Origin: a virus
Taxonomy: Duplodnaviria > Caudoviricetes
Direction: 5' to 3' (one strand)
Length of the DNA: 64,000 nt
IMG/VR virus record: IMGVR_UViG_3300010163_000024
Span: 3-64,002 of that record
Shown piece after piece: positions 48,337 through 57,622 of this stretch. The translations under genes and the position numbers were made by a program. Below the pieces are notes generated by a model. It saw nothing but the letters and a program-made list of their open reading frames with translations, had not been told where the DNA came from and did not search any database. Every line of letters begins with the position of its first letter. Positions within the stretch are counted from its first letter, which is position 1.

Positions 48337-48879
48337 ATGACCGTAGAAGCGTATTTGAAAAGTTTAGTCCCGGGCCTTGATTTGCCGAAAGAGGTATATC
48401 AGAGGGCAGCGCGTAGTCCGAAGGAAGTAGGGCTTGACGCTGTTAAGTTGGATGATGATATTGACGCTTTCGATGCTATCGAGGACAAGGACGAGAGAAA
48501 TAAGGCGGAGGCCGAGTTTCAAGTTCGACTTGATTATGCGTCTTCTACGGTCTATTACGCTGTTTTGGGTGTGTTCGCTGGAGGCGGGTTCACGGAACAG
48601 TACGGAGACACGCAGATGCGCAAAGGTGGTTACACTATCACTATGGCAGATAGGGAGCGTTTTAAGATGCTCGCTGACGCCTTGCGTAAAAAGCATGGAT
48701 TCGATACGGAGGACGAGGACTTGGAATCCGGCGGTATGTTCGACGGTGGGTATTTGCGTTCATTAAATAGGAATACCACCTGCGGTGAGCGGGGTAGGGC
48801 GCGTGGAGTTGCCGACAGTGGTCGGGACAAAGAAACGCGAATATATGAAAGTGTAAACTTGTATGATAATCACCTTTAG
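48337..48879 (+). CDS. Head-tail connector/adaptor; last ~37 codons encoded by an omega-RNA copy
   Basis: MTVEAYL..., GG.TEQ.GD....KGG motif; position after the capsid gene. Confidence 0.65.
   Translation: MTVEAYLKSLVPGLDLPKEVYQRAARSPKEVGLDAVKLDDDIDAFDAIEDKDERNKAEAEFQVRLDYASSTVYYAVLGVFAGGGFTEQYGDTQMRKGGYTITMADRERFKMLADALRKKHGFDTEDEDLESGGMFDGGYLRSLNRNTTCGERGRARGVADSGRDKETRIYESVNLYDNHL
48767..48877 (+). ncRNA. Orphan copy of TnpB omega-RNA scaffold (copy B)
   Basis: 105/111 nt identical by manual alignment to the reverse complement of 9861-9971. Confidence 0.9.
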
Positions 48880-49192
48880 GGATAAATGCGTAATTGAGCG
48901 TCCGACGGATAGGTACGACGAATGGGATAACCAAATCGTCGAAACTATCTACGAGGGTGAGTGCCACTACGAGGAGGGCGGACAAAGCAACGTGAATCGT
49001 ATGGTAATACGCAATCCCCTATTGTTCCTGCCGAGCAACAAGGTACTTGTAAATATCAACGATTCTGTAAGTATAGAGACGCTTGCAGGTCGCAAGATTA
49101 CGAGTGTCGTAGAGGCGGTTCGGGACATCCGCTTTATCTTCATTGAACGCGAGACTACCCGCATAGAGTTGAAGCAGGCGAGTGAAAAGTAA
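48863..49192 (+). CDS. Head-closure protein
   Basis: Position and pattern (DEWDN...IYEGECHY...GRKITSVV). Confidence 0.6.
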   Translation: MIITFRDKCVIERPTDRYDEWDNQIVETIYEGECHYEEGGQSNVNRMVIRNPLLFLPSNKVLVNINDSVSIETLAGRKITSVVEAVRDIRFIFIERETTRIELKQASEK

Positions 49193-49256
49193 AAGACAGC
49201 GTGTTCGCTTGCGGATAGCGAAATACGTAGTCGGTTATTAACACAACGATTGTATT

Positions 49257-49700
49257 ATGAGTAGTATTGCTGACATACAACCTGACGCGGAGTTAAAGCA
49301 GTTGTTGGAGGGTAAGATTACAATCCAAACATCTGCGACGGATACAACTACGCTTCCTGTATATCGGCAAGGAGAGCGACCCAATACGGGGTTAGCGAAC
49401 GAGTTTATAGACATAAACATTAACGGAGTTATCCGTGCAATGGTACATCCGTTAGGTTTGTTTCGCGGCAATTTAGCCGTTAGTGTCTATTGCAAGACGC
49501 AGAACAACGGAGTGGTAAAGCAAAATCGAGTTAATGCAATCGTAAGTCAGTTGGAAGAGTATTTGAAGTATCGAAAGAACGGAAAGTATTTTTTTGAACT
49601 GAATCCGCAGAATATCATTACACCCACGACAATCAATGTAACGGCAGGCTATTCCGTAACGGTTTTGAACGTGGAATGGCAAATGTCGGAAAAGGAGTAA
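49257..49700 (+). CDS. Tail terminator-like protein
   Basis: Position and size. Confidence 0.55.
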   Translation: MSSIADIQPDAELKQLLEGKITIQTSATDTTTLPVYRQGERPNTGLANEFIDININGVIRAMVHPLGLFRGNLAVSVYCKTQNNGVVKQNRVNAIVSQLEEYLKYRKNGKYFFELNPQNIITPTTINVTAGYSVTVLNVEWQMSEKE

Positions 49701-49703
49701 CTA

Positions 49704-50228
49704 ATGGCAAATACGGCGGAAAATAAGCGTGTATTCTCGAAGTTGCTAAAACTTCATGTAGAGAATATGGTGAAACCAAAGATTGTAAGTATACTCAACA
49801 ATATAGCTGCGTGGTTGGTTGGTGTTATAGACGGAGATTTTGCACCACACGAAAAAGGAGGAGGCACAGATGTATTTCCGTTCTGGTTCGGACATCTACA
49901 CGACGCTACGGGAGTTGGGGTTTATGTGGACGGTGTCCTAATGTCGTATAAACCGACAAATAGAGGAAAAGGTTCACAGAACGACAACGAGACTCAAACA
50001 CACAATATCATTGGTACGGAATATCTCGAAAACGCATTACAAGAAGCATCGGGAGAGTTCGCAAATGGAATATGGATAGTGTTGTTTTCTGCTGTTCCTT
50101 ATGCTTATAAAGTAAATACCAAGGGTTCACCATGGCATAGAGGTATAGGGTTTTTTGATACCCTTGAAGATACTCTCAAACGCGAGGTTTTTGCTAATTT
50201 ACAGCCGTTAGGCACTCAAACAATGTAA
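49704..50228 (+). CDS. Neck/tail-completion protein
   Basis: GHLHDATGVGVY, AVPYAYKVN motifs; position. Confidence 0.55.
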   Translation: MANTAENKRVFSKLLKLHVENMVKPKIVSILNNIAAWLVGVIDGDFAPHEKGGGTDVFPFWFGHLHDATGVGVYVDGVLMSYKPTNRGKGSQNDNETQTHNIIGTEYLENALQEASGEFANGIWIVLFSAVPYAYKVNTKGSPWHRGIGFFDTLEDTLKREVFANLQPLGTQTM

Positions 50229-50259
50229 TTTAACGTAAAACAATTTAATACTTACAACT

Positions 50260-50859
50260 ATGGCAGGAATTAAGAGAGCGGGAGTTACCGATATTTTCAA
50301 CGGTCAGTCCGACATTGTACTTTTCGATACCGTTACAGATTATGACGCCCTGACACTTGCCACTCTTGCTGGGGCAAAGTCACTCGGCCAGATTGTGCAG
50401 GATTCGACGGAATGGAATGGCGACGAACCCGAAGTGAACAACATTCTCGACGAGCAGGGCGACGTTATCACGGCTTCGGTTACGGCTGGAACGTTGGGCT
50501 TTACTTTTGAAATGGCCGACACCTCGAAAGAAAATTTCAAAGAGTTCTTAAAAGGTATGGACGTTAAAAAATCTACTACCGAAAACACTTGGACGAGCGA
50601 TGTTTGGGATGGCGAGGTTACGGCAATAGGTTTTGGTACTCAACTTCCAACAATGACGCGACCGATTATGGTTGTGAACGACGAGGCAAACAAGTCGATT
50701 CTGCTTCCGAAAGCAAAGATTACGTCAAACCTGACTATTTCTGATGGTCTTTGGCGTATTGCAGTTACGGTAGTTGCCGAGAACGTAGATACGCCTACGA
50801 TGAAAACCGGTATGCTGATTGTCGGCAAGACGAAGTACGACGAGGAAGTATCGGCTTAA
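50260..50859 (+). CDS. Major tail tube protein
   Basis: 199-aa acidic beta-rich ORF upstream of the chaperone and tape measure genes. Confidence 0.7.
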   Translation: MAGIKRAGVTDIFNGQSDIVLFDTVTDYDALTLATLAGAKSLGQIVQDSTEWNGDEPEVNNILDEQGDVITASVTAGTLGFTFEMADTSKENFKEFLKGMDVKKSTTENTWTSDVWDGEVTAIGFGTQLPTMTRPIMVVNDEANKSILLPKAKITSNLTISDGLWRIAVTVVAENVDTPTMKTGMLIVGKTKYDEEVSA

Positions 50860-50901
50860 CAGTCGACAAAGGAGAACGAATGGGCGAGAGTCGTAGGTTG
50901 C

Positions 50902-50938
50902 ATAGGCGATAGCCGTCGGCTTGCGGCTCTCTTTTAAT
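50902..50938 (+). terminator. Terminator-like stem after the tail tube gene (stem spans about 50886-50932)
   Basis: GAGAGTCGTAG ... TTGCGGCTCTC followed by TTTT. Confidence 0.45.
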
Positions 50939-50942
50939 TATC

Positions 50943-51006
50943 ATCCGCAGTTGGCGGGGCAGAGCGCGTGGAGGGGAGAGGTTACGAACCCGATGAAGCG
51001 CGAATA
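50943..51006 (+). ncRNA. Diverged orphan omega-RNA-like copy (copy C)
   Basis: TCCGCAGTTGGCGGGGCAGAGCGCGTGGAG...GATGAAGCGCGAATA keeps both hairpins and the CGCG pairing. Confidence 0.6.
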
Positions 51007-51041
51007 AAGAGTAATTGTTTAACATTACAATTTAACAACGC

Positions 51042-51620
51042 GTGGCAACCACCGAGGAACAGATACAGATGCTTGCAAATGAGCGAGCCGCACGAACTGG
51101 CGCACCTTGTGCGGTAGTAGTAGGAAATAAAGTATATAATGTTAAGGACGTACCTAACATTATCAAACGAAAGATTTACGACCTCGAATTGGAGGCGTTG
51201 ATATTAGAACGCGAGGCAAAGGAGGAGATAAAACTGCGTCGCGCACAGGAAATAGCGAAAAAATTACGGACGCTACATTCAAAGACTGCGGCGTACTATA
51301 TACTGGGATTGAAAGCGTTGTTTGTGCCGTTCCTGTTCGCTATCTATTGGCGGATATTGGACTGCCGTACAAGTGTGCATACGTACGAAATCAATAAAGC
51401 GGGAATGCAGGGGAAAAGTGTAAATTTTTTCTACGCCAACTGGCAGATTACAAAGGCTCAACTCGCGCTCTCTACGAAGTTGGTTGGCGACGGCATCAAG
51501 CAATATCAAGAGAGAATGGAGAGTGCGGAAAGTATGTTGGCCGAGGACGCTTTGCCGAAAAAGGAGGCGGACGACAAGTCGGCAACTTCTTTGAAAGCGC
51601 GGCGGACAACGAAAAGATAA
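51042..51620 (+). CDS. Tail assembly chaperone (G-like)
   Basis: Between tail tube and tape measure genes; contains a slippery site. Confidence 0.7.
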   Translation: MATTEEQIQMLANERAARTGAPCAVVVGNKVYNVKDVPNIIKRKIYDLELEALILEREAKEEIKLRRAQEIAKKLRTLHSKTAAYYILGLKALFVPFLFAIYWRILDCRTSVHTYEINKAGMQGKSVNFFYANWQITKAQLALSTKLVGDGIKQYQERMESAESMLAEDALPKKEADDKSATSLKARRTTKR

Positions 51621-51931
51621 AGCATATATACGGCAACTATAACTTTTGGTCGTGGCTACGGTATTGGTATTTGGATAGCGCGAACTTTGTAACGCTGATG
51701 TTAATTGATAAGGGCTATTACGATTACGACTATGAGGAGCCAAAGCACAAGAAGAATAGCGCACTAAGAAAAGCAAAGAGCGATGCAGAAACGGCGAAGA
51801 TGCTATCGAGGTTTGGCGTGGGCACGGCACCGCAAGTAGCGACGGACTTGCGTAAGTTGGATATGGAGCAGTTGCAGGCGTATGCAATGCGTGAGGCAGC
51901 GGAGAGTGCGGAAACAAAAAAGAGTAGATAA
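51422..51931 (+). CDS. Tail assembly chaperone -1 frameshift extension (GT-like)
   Basis: A AAT TTT heptamer at 51422-51428; the -1 frame is open from 51398 to 51931. Confidence 0.7.
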   Translation, partial: KFFLRQLADYKGSTRALYEVGWRRHQAISRENGECGKYVGRGRFAEKGGGRQVGNFFESAADNEKIKHIYGNYNFWSWLRYWYLDSANFVTLMLIDKGYYDYDYEEPKHKKNSALRKAKSDAETAKMLSRFGVGTAPQVATDLRKLDMEQLQAYAMREAAESAETKKSR

Positions 51932-51944
51932 AAAAGGATAGACT

Positions 51945-54900
51945 ATGGCAAAGGATAGATTGATGTTCCCGATAGGGTTTGACTTGGATAGTGCAACAAA
52001 AAATGCAGAACAAGAATGGGGTAGCACGTATGCAAGTAAACTCGAAAAGGCTATACAAAAACGCCCTATTAAGATTAAGTTGTCCTACGACGTTAAGCAG
52101 TTGGATAATCTCGACGCAGTACAAAAGCGGCTTAAAGAATTGAAACTTGCGCCTGTAACGCCGGAAACAAAAGGGGCGATAAGCAGCCTTGTGTCGGAGT
52201 TGAAAAAGCTAGAAACTATCCTTGTCAAAATACAATCTCTTAACCAAAAGTCCGCACTTATATCGGCAAAGGCAACAACCGAAGAAGCGCGTACAAAGGA
52301 TATTTTGGCACGAACGCTCGCCCGTGAGGAAAAGTTAAAGAGGGATATTCTTATACGGGAGCAGCGTGTAGAGCAGGCAAAAAAACGTACAGCTATTGCA
52401 GAGGAACGTTATCGTAAGGCAGTAGAAGGTACTGCTCACGCATATTCGAACACAGGGGGATATATAAGTCGCCTATTAAAACGTACAGCAGTATTATTCG
52501 GGCTAACCGCAATTTCTCGTTTTACCGAGCGGTTAAGAGAAACGACCGCCGAATTTGAGTTACAGAGGGTATCGCTCGGCGCAATCATTCAAGATACCAA
52601 AAGAGCAAATGCGCTGTTCAATCAAATCAAGACCTTTGCAGTTCAGTCGCCTTTCGAGATTAAAGACTTGGTGGGTTACGTCAAGCAGTTGTCGGCATAC
52701 CGTATTGAAACGGATAAGTTGTTCGACACCACGAAGCGGTTGGCGGATGTATCTGCTGGTTTGGGCGTGGATATGCAACGCCTGATTTTGGCATACGGTC
52801 AAGTAAAGGCTGCGAGTGTGCTTCGAGGCTCCGAAGTCCGTCAGTTCTCCGAAGCCGGAATCCCGCTTATCGAACTACTCGCCGAGAAGTTCACCGCCTT
52901 GCGTGGCGAAATGGTTTCTACGGGCGAGGTTTTCGACCTAATATCTAAAAGGGCCGTGTCCTTTGAAATGGTAGCGGAGATATTCGAGGATATGACCGAC
53001 GCAGGCGGTATGTTCTACAATATGCAGGAAAAGCAGGCCGCGACGCTCGCCGGTCAATGGTCGAACCTCAAAGATAGCCTATCTATTATGTATGACGAGA
53101 TGGGCAATACAAGTGCTGTTCGCGGTGCTATGGAGGGCGTAATAAGCCTTGTAAAGACGCTTGCGGATAATTGGCAGTTGGTAAGTGGGTTAATGCTTCA
53201 AACGCTCGGAGGGGCTGCAATACTCGGCGTTGTGAATAAGTTTAAGTCGCTGTGGAATATGCTCGGAGTGCAGATGTATTCCGCAACACAAAAGGTTGCC
53301 GTCGCGCAAGACCGATACAATGCCGCAGTAGCAAGGCAGAATGCGCTGTTGCCTACTGCTACCAATTTGGAACGTGCCGCAGCCGCTCAAAAAGTAAAGT
53401 CAGCGGCCGCAACATTAAAGTCGGCGCAGGCTCTCGAAGCAGCCGCAGCAAGTGGGAATAAGTTTACTTTCGCATTAAAGAGAATAGGGGCTGCAATTAA
53501 AGCAAATTGGGTTGGTATTCTTATCACCGTTGCTATTACGGCATATCAAGTCATATCGCACCTTGTATCTAAATCTAATGAGTTGAAAAATGCACTCGAT
53601 GATATAGGGACGGAGGGAGCAAAGAATATAACCGTTATGACACGTAACTTTGAATTGTTGGCGAATAAAGCGGTACAAGCAGCCGACGGTTCAAAGGAAC
53701 AAAAAAACGCACTCGACGAATTACAGCGGACTTATCGGGATATGATACCTACGCACTTGCTAACTATCGAGAACTTGCGTAATATGGCGGGCAGTTACAA
53801 TATACTAACTACGGCTATTTCAGAGTATTGCCGCCAACAAATGCTTGCTAACCAAATTGAAACTATTGTCGGTAACACTACCGAAAAAATATCAAAAGCG
53901 CAGACCAAGTTACGCGACAAATTAAAAGATACGACCGAAATTATTACTACGGGTTTTGCTGGAGATACACCGCAAAGAGAAGCCATATCGTTATCCTTTG
54001 ACGAAAGGACTATTGAGAGGGCATTTGCTGGTATAGAAAAATACGCTCGTACAACGGCAGACAGCGTACAAGATATTATTCGCAATGCGTTCAAAGACTT
54101 TGCAGGCGTAGAACTTACCGATAAAGAGGTGCAGGCTATATCGGAGTTAGGAGGATTCGCGAATAATATGCACACACTTGTAGAAGCATACAGGGAGCAA
54201 GAATCCGAGATTAAAAGAGTAACCGAACAACAAAAGGCGCTCACGGGAGAAGTCGGTTTGTATGGAGACCTTATTGATGCAGCGACGGAAAAGATTAACA
54301 ACTTTGAAAGTGCGACGTTGCAAACGGGTACATACGCATTTGACACGGCGAAAGCAAAGGTAGCAGCCGATGAATATGTAAAAGTAATCAAACAGATATT
54401 CCAAGATTCGGGGCTTACTTTCAAAGATGCGTGGGTCGACGGTCAGTTTATTGATATAGATAGCATAAACAAAGAACTCGTCAATGCGGGGAACAAAGTA
54501 TCGTCGCAAGCAAATACGGCATTCGCTAAAATCGCAAAGGCATACTACGAACTTATACCGTCAGATTCATTCTCGAAAGTGATAAACAAAAAATTCGAGG
54601 ATGTAGCAAGTGGTATGGGGGTAAGTATGGACTTAATAAAAAAGCACCTCAAAGATAGCAATACGAGCATAGACGACTATGTGAAGAACTTTTTTAATAG
54701 CATAGAAGAACTCGAAAAGAGGATAAAGCAGACGCAAGCGTTATTGCTATCGCCAACACTCTCTGAAAGTGAAAGAGGTAAGAAATCTACCGATTTAGAG
54801 AATTACCAACAAGAGTTAGCGGTACTGAAAGAGTTAGTAGCGTTTATTCAGTTATTCAATGTGGCGAAAAGTCAAGGGGGCAGAGGCGGCACCGACGACC

Positions 54901-57512
54901 GCCTATCCAAACTCAAAGAGGAGGTATCGCTGCTTGAAAAGGTTTATGCCAACTATAAAGAGTACACAAGGTATGTAAGCCAAGCGGACGCGCAAGAACG
55001 TATCAATCGTGAGTTCGGAAAAACGCTCGACATATTCAAGCAGTACGGTATAGAGTTGCCCAAAACGTCGGCAGAGTATAAAGCGGCACTTCAAAAGTTG
55101 CAGGATGTTATGCGTACCTTGCCGAAGTCGCAAAAGGACGTTCTTGAACTCGGATTTAAGATAGAGAAAGTGGATTTTGAAGATACCAAACGCAACCTCG
55201 AATCCGAACTCAAACGCCTTGCCGACGAAGTGTCTCGCACCAAGACGGCAAAGGAGTTCTTCGACAAGATGCTGAACATGACCGGAAACAGGGAGTTATC
55301 GGCAAATATCACTATGAGCGTGTATGGGGATACCGGTAAGGGTCTGCACGATGCAATAGTAAACCAAATTAGGGAGGCATTTAAGGGTATAGACGATACC
55401 GCATTAAATCTCGCTATCGGCGTAGATTCGGTGGACTATCACGCATTGGAACAGATATTTAAGGATAATTTTGCAACGATACCCGACGAGCAAAAAAAGG
55501 CTATTCAGCAAATCCTCGACAACTACAAAAAGGCAAACGCACAATGGATGCTCGACACATTCAAGGTTTACGAGAAATTCAAAACCTTTGAGGAACAACG
55601 CACCACTATTGTAGAACGAGAAGCCGAAAAACGTAGACAAATTGCGGAAAGGCTGGCAGCGAAAAATATATCCCAAGAGATGGCGGATAGTCTTACGAGA
55701 GCTTCGTACCAAGCCCAAGCCGAGGCACTTAATGAAATTGATTGGGATGAGTTCAAGGCAAGCACGGATTGGATCAAGACTTTTGAAGATATAGACCGCG
55801 TTGCGACACCAACAATTGAACGTTTGATTAAAAAGTTGCGGGAGTTCATCGAAACCAATAAGGACCTCACGCCGGAGCAACTGAAAACCGTAATGAGTGA
55901 GTATGAAAAGCTGTACAACGAACTCATTAAACGTAATCCGATTAAGGCCATTATAGACGGAATAGTGGCGTATGCTCAAGCAACAAAGCAGCTCGCCGAG
56001 GCAAGGGCAGAAGAAGCCGCTGCAAGGAAAGAAGTAGATGAAGCACAGGCAGATGTAGCTGCTGCACAACAAGTATACGCACTAACACCGGAGCTGGAAA
56101 GGAGAACAATGGGGGACCGTGCCCGAGGTGCTAATGAACTTGCAGCGGCAAACGATAGATTAACTAAAGCAAAACAAAGATTAGGTAAAGCAGAAATAAA
56201 TGTTGCGGCAGCACAAGACGCACAGCAAGCTGCACAGAACCAAATCGTAGAGGGATTCAATGCCGCATCGAGTGCCATAAGTAACTTGCAGTCGATTTTA
56301 TCGCAAGTTGTTGACTTGTTCGGTATAGCAGAGGACAGTGAACTCGGAGCGTTCTTGCAAGAGATGGCTAAGTGGTTAGGTATTGTCGCAACTGCACTCG
56401 CTTTGGTGGCGTCTATCATAACGATTATTGAGGCTGAGTTGGCACCTCTCCTTGCTGGTGCCGCAGCAATAGCCGCAATCGGTGCTTTCTTTACGTGGTT
56501 GTCTGGCTCAAAAGCTCGAAAGGCCGAAAAAGAAATCAAGCGTCAACAAGAACGCATTGATGCCCTCTCTCACGCTTACGAACGGTTGCAGAAAGCAGCA
56601 GATGAGGCGTTCGGTGGCGAGTATGCCGCAAACATCCAAGATCAAAAGAAGAACTTGGAGGCACAGATAGCCGCTACCCAAAAGCAACTCGAAGCAGAGA
56701 GAAGCAAAGGCAAAAAAACCGACGACGAGAAAGTCAAGGAGTATTTGCAAAAAATCCTTGACCTTAAAGAAGAACTCGAAGACTTACAAGACACGTTAGC
56801 CGAACAAATGCTCGGAACCGACCTCGCAAGTGCTGCACGTGCTTTTGCGCAGGCATGGTTGGATGCCTATAAGGAGTTCGGAGATACCCGTAAGGCGATT
56901 GAGGATGAGATGGAGAAGATGGTTGACAATCTCATCCAAGAGGCGGTATTAGGTGGAGTTGCAAAGGTAGCGTTGCAACCTTTGTTTGACTTGTTTGAAG
57001 GTCAGGATGCCTCTATTTTCCAAGATGAAAAGTTTTGGGAAGACTTCCTAAAAGCAACCCAAATGGCGATGAATGATCTGAATACTGGGCTTCCCGTAGC
57101 GATGGAGAATATGCAAAAGATGGGGCTTCTTTCTCAACAATTCGGCGACGACTTCACCGGCATATCCAAAGACATAGCATCGGCGTCGGAGGAAAGCATT
57201 CTCGGACTATCCTCGCTTATCAATACCTCACTTTTCTACGTTACCAATATCGACCGGAATGTAGCACAAATTGCTACCATAATGAGTGGCGGAGGATATG
57301 AGGTGGCGTCAGGTGAACAACTGACCGATTTGATTACAATTCAGAATCAGCACCTTGCATATCTGCCGAACATCGCTCTAAACACCGCGCAAACTGCGGA
57401 ACGGTGTGAACGTGCTGCGGCGGCTTGCGAGAATATCGCCGAAAACCTTAACCGAGTGATTAAGCCTAACGGCGTACAAGGAAGTTATAAAGTAAATACT
57501 TCTTTGAACTAA
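51945..57512 (+). CDS. Tape measure protein
   Basis: 1855 aa, helical; SPFEIKDLVGYVKQLSAY tape-measure N-terminal motif; hydrophobic segments. Confidence 0.9.
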   Translation: MAKDRLMFPIGFDLDSATKNAEQEWGSTYASKLEKAIQKRPIKIKLSYDVKQLDNLDAVQKRLKELKLAPVTPETKGAISSLVSELKKLETILVKIQSLNQKSALISAKATTEEARTKDILARTLAREEKLKRDILIREQRVEQAKKRTAIAEERYRKAVEGTAHAYSNTGGYISRLLKRTAVLFGLTAISRFTERLRETTAEFELQRVSLGAIIQDTKRANALFNQIKTFAVQSPFEIKDLVGYVKQLSAYRIETDKLFDTTKRLADVSAGLGVDMQRLILAYGQVKAASVLRGSEVRQFSEAGIPLIELLAEKFTALRGEMVSTGEVFDLISKRAVSFEMVAEIFEDMTDAGGMFYNMQEKQAATLAGQWSNLKDSLSIMYDEMGNTSAVRGAMEGVISLVKTLADNWQLVSGLMLQTLGGAAILGVVNKFKSLWNMLGVQMYSATQKVAVAQDRYNAAVARQNALLPTATNLERAAAAQKVKSAAATLKSAQALEAAAASGNKFTFALKRIGAAIKANWVGILITVAITAYQVISHLVSKSNELKNALDDIGTEGAKNITVMTRNFELLANKAVQAADGSKEQKNALDELQRTYRDMIPTHLLTIENLRNMAGSYNILTTAISEYCRQQMLANQIETIVGNTTEKISKAQTKLRDKLKDTTEIITTGFAGDTPQREAISLSFDERTIERAFAGIEKYARTTADSVQDIIRNAFKDFAGVELTDKEVQAISELGGFANNMHTLVEAYREQESEIKRVTEQQKALTGEVGLYGDLIDAATEKINNFESATLQTGTYAFDTAKAKVAADEYVKVIKQIFQDSGLTFKDAWVDGQFIDIDSINKELVNAGNKVSSQANTAFAKIAKAYYELIPSDSFSKVINKKFEDVASGMGVSMDLIKKHLKDSNTSIDDYVKNFFNSIEELEKRIKQTQALLLSPTLSESERGKKSTDLENYQQELAVLKELVAFIQLFNVAKSQGGRGGTDDRLSKLKEEVSLLEKVYANYKEYTRYVSQADAQERINREFGKTLDIFKQYGIELPKTSAEYKAALQKLQDVMRTLPKSQKDVLELGFKIEKVDFEDTKRNLESELKRLADEVSRTKTAKEFFDKMLNMTGNRELSANITMSVYGDTGKGLHDAIVNQIREAFKGIDDTALNLAIGVDSVDYHALEQIFKDNFATIPDEQKKAIQQILDNYKKANAQWMLDTFKVYEKFKTFEEQRTTIVEREAEKRRQIAERLAAKNISQEMADSLTRASYQAQAEALNEIDWDEFKASTDWIKTFEDIDRVATPTIERLIKKLREFIETNKDLTPEQLKTVMSEYEKLYNELIKRNPIKAIIDGIVAYAQATKQLAEARAEEAAARKEVDEAQADVAAAQQVYALTPELERRTMGDRARGANELAAANDRLTKAKQRLGKAEINVAAAQDAQQAAQNQIVEGFNAASSAISNLQSILSQVVDLFGIAEDSELGAFLQEMAKWLGIVATALALVASIITIIEAELAPLLAGAAAIAAIGAFFTWLSGSKARKAEKEIKRQQERIDALSHAYERLQKAADEAFGGEYAANIQDQKKNLEAQIAATQKQLEAERSKGKKTDDEKVKEYLQKILDLKEELEDLQDTLAEQMLGTDLASAARAFAQAWLDAYKEFGDTRKAIEDEMEKMVDNLIQEAVLGGVAKVALQPLFDLFEGQDASIFQDEKFWEDFLKATQMAMNDLNTGLPVAMENMQKMGLLSQQFGDDFTGISKDIASASEESILGLSSLINTSLFYVTNIDRNVAQIATIMSGGGYEVASGEQLTDLITIQNQHLAYLPNIALNTAQTAERCERAAAACENIAENLNRVIKPNGVQGSYKVNTSLN

Positions 57513-57622
57513 CTATTTGGATTTTCACTAAAAACTCGTATATTTGTACGTGTGAATTTTTACCATATTGCGCCATGAGCCGATACGCAGCAATGCGGTC
57601 GGCTTATGGTTTTTTTTAGAGC

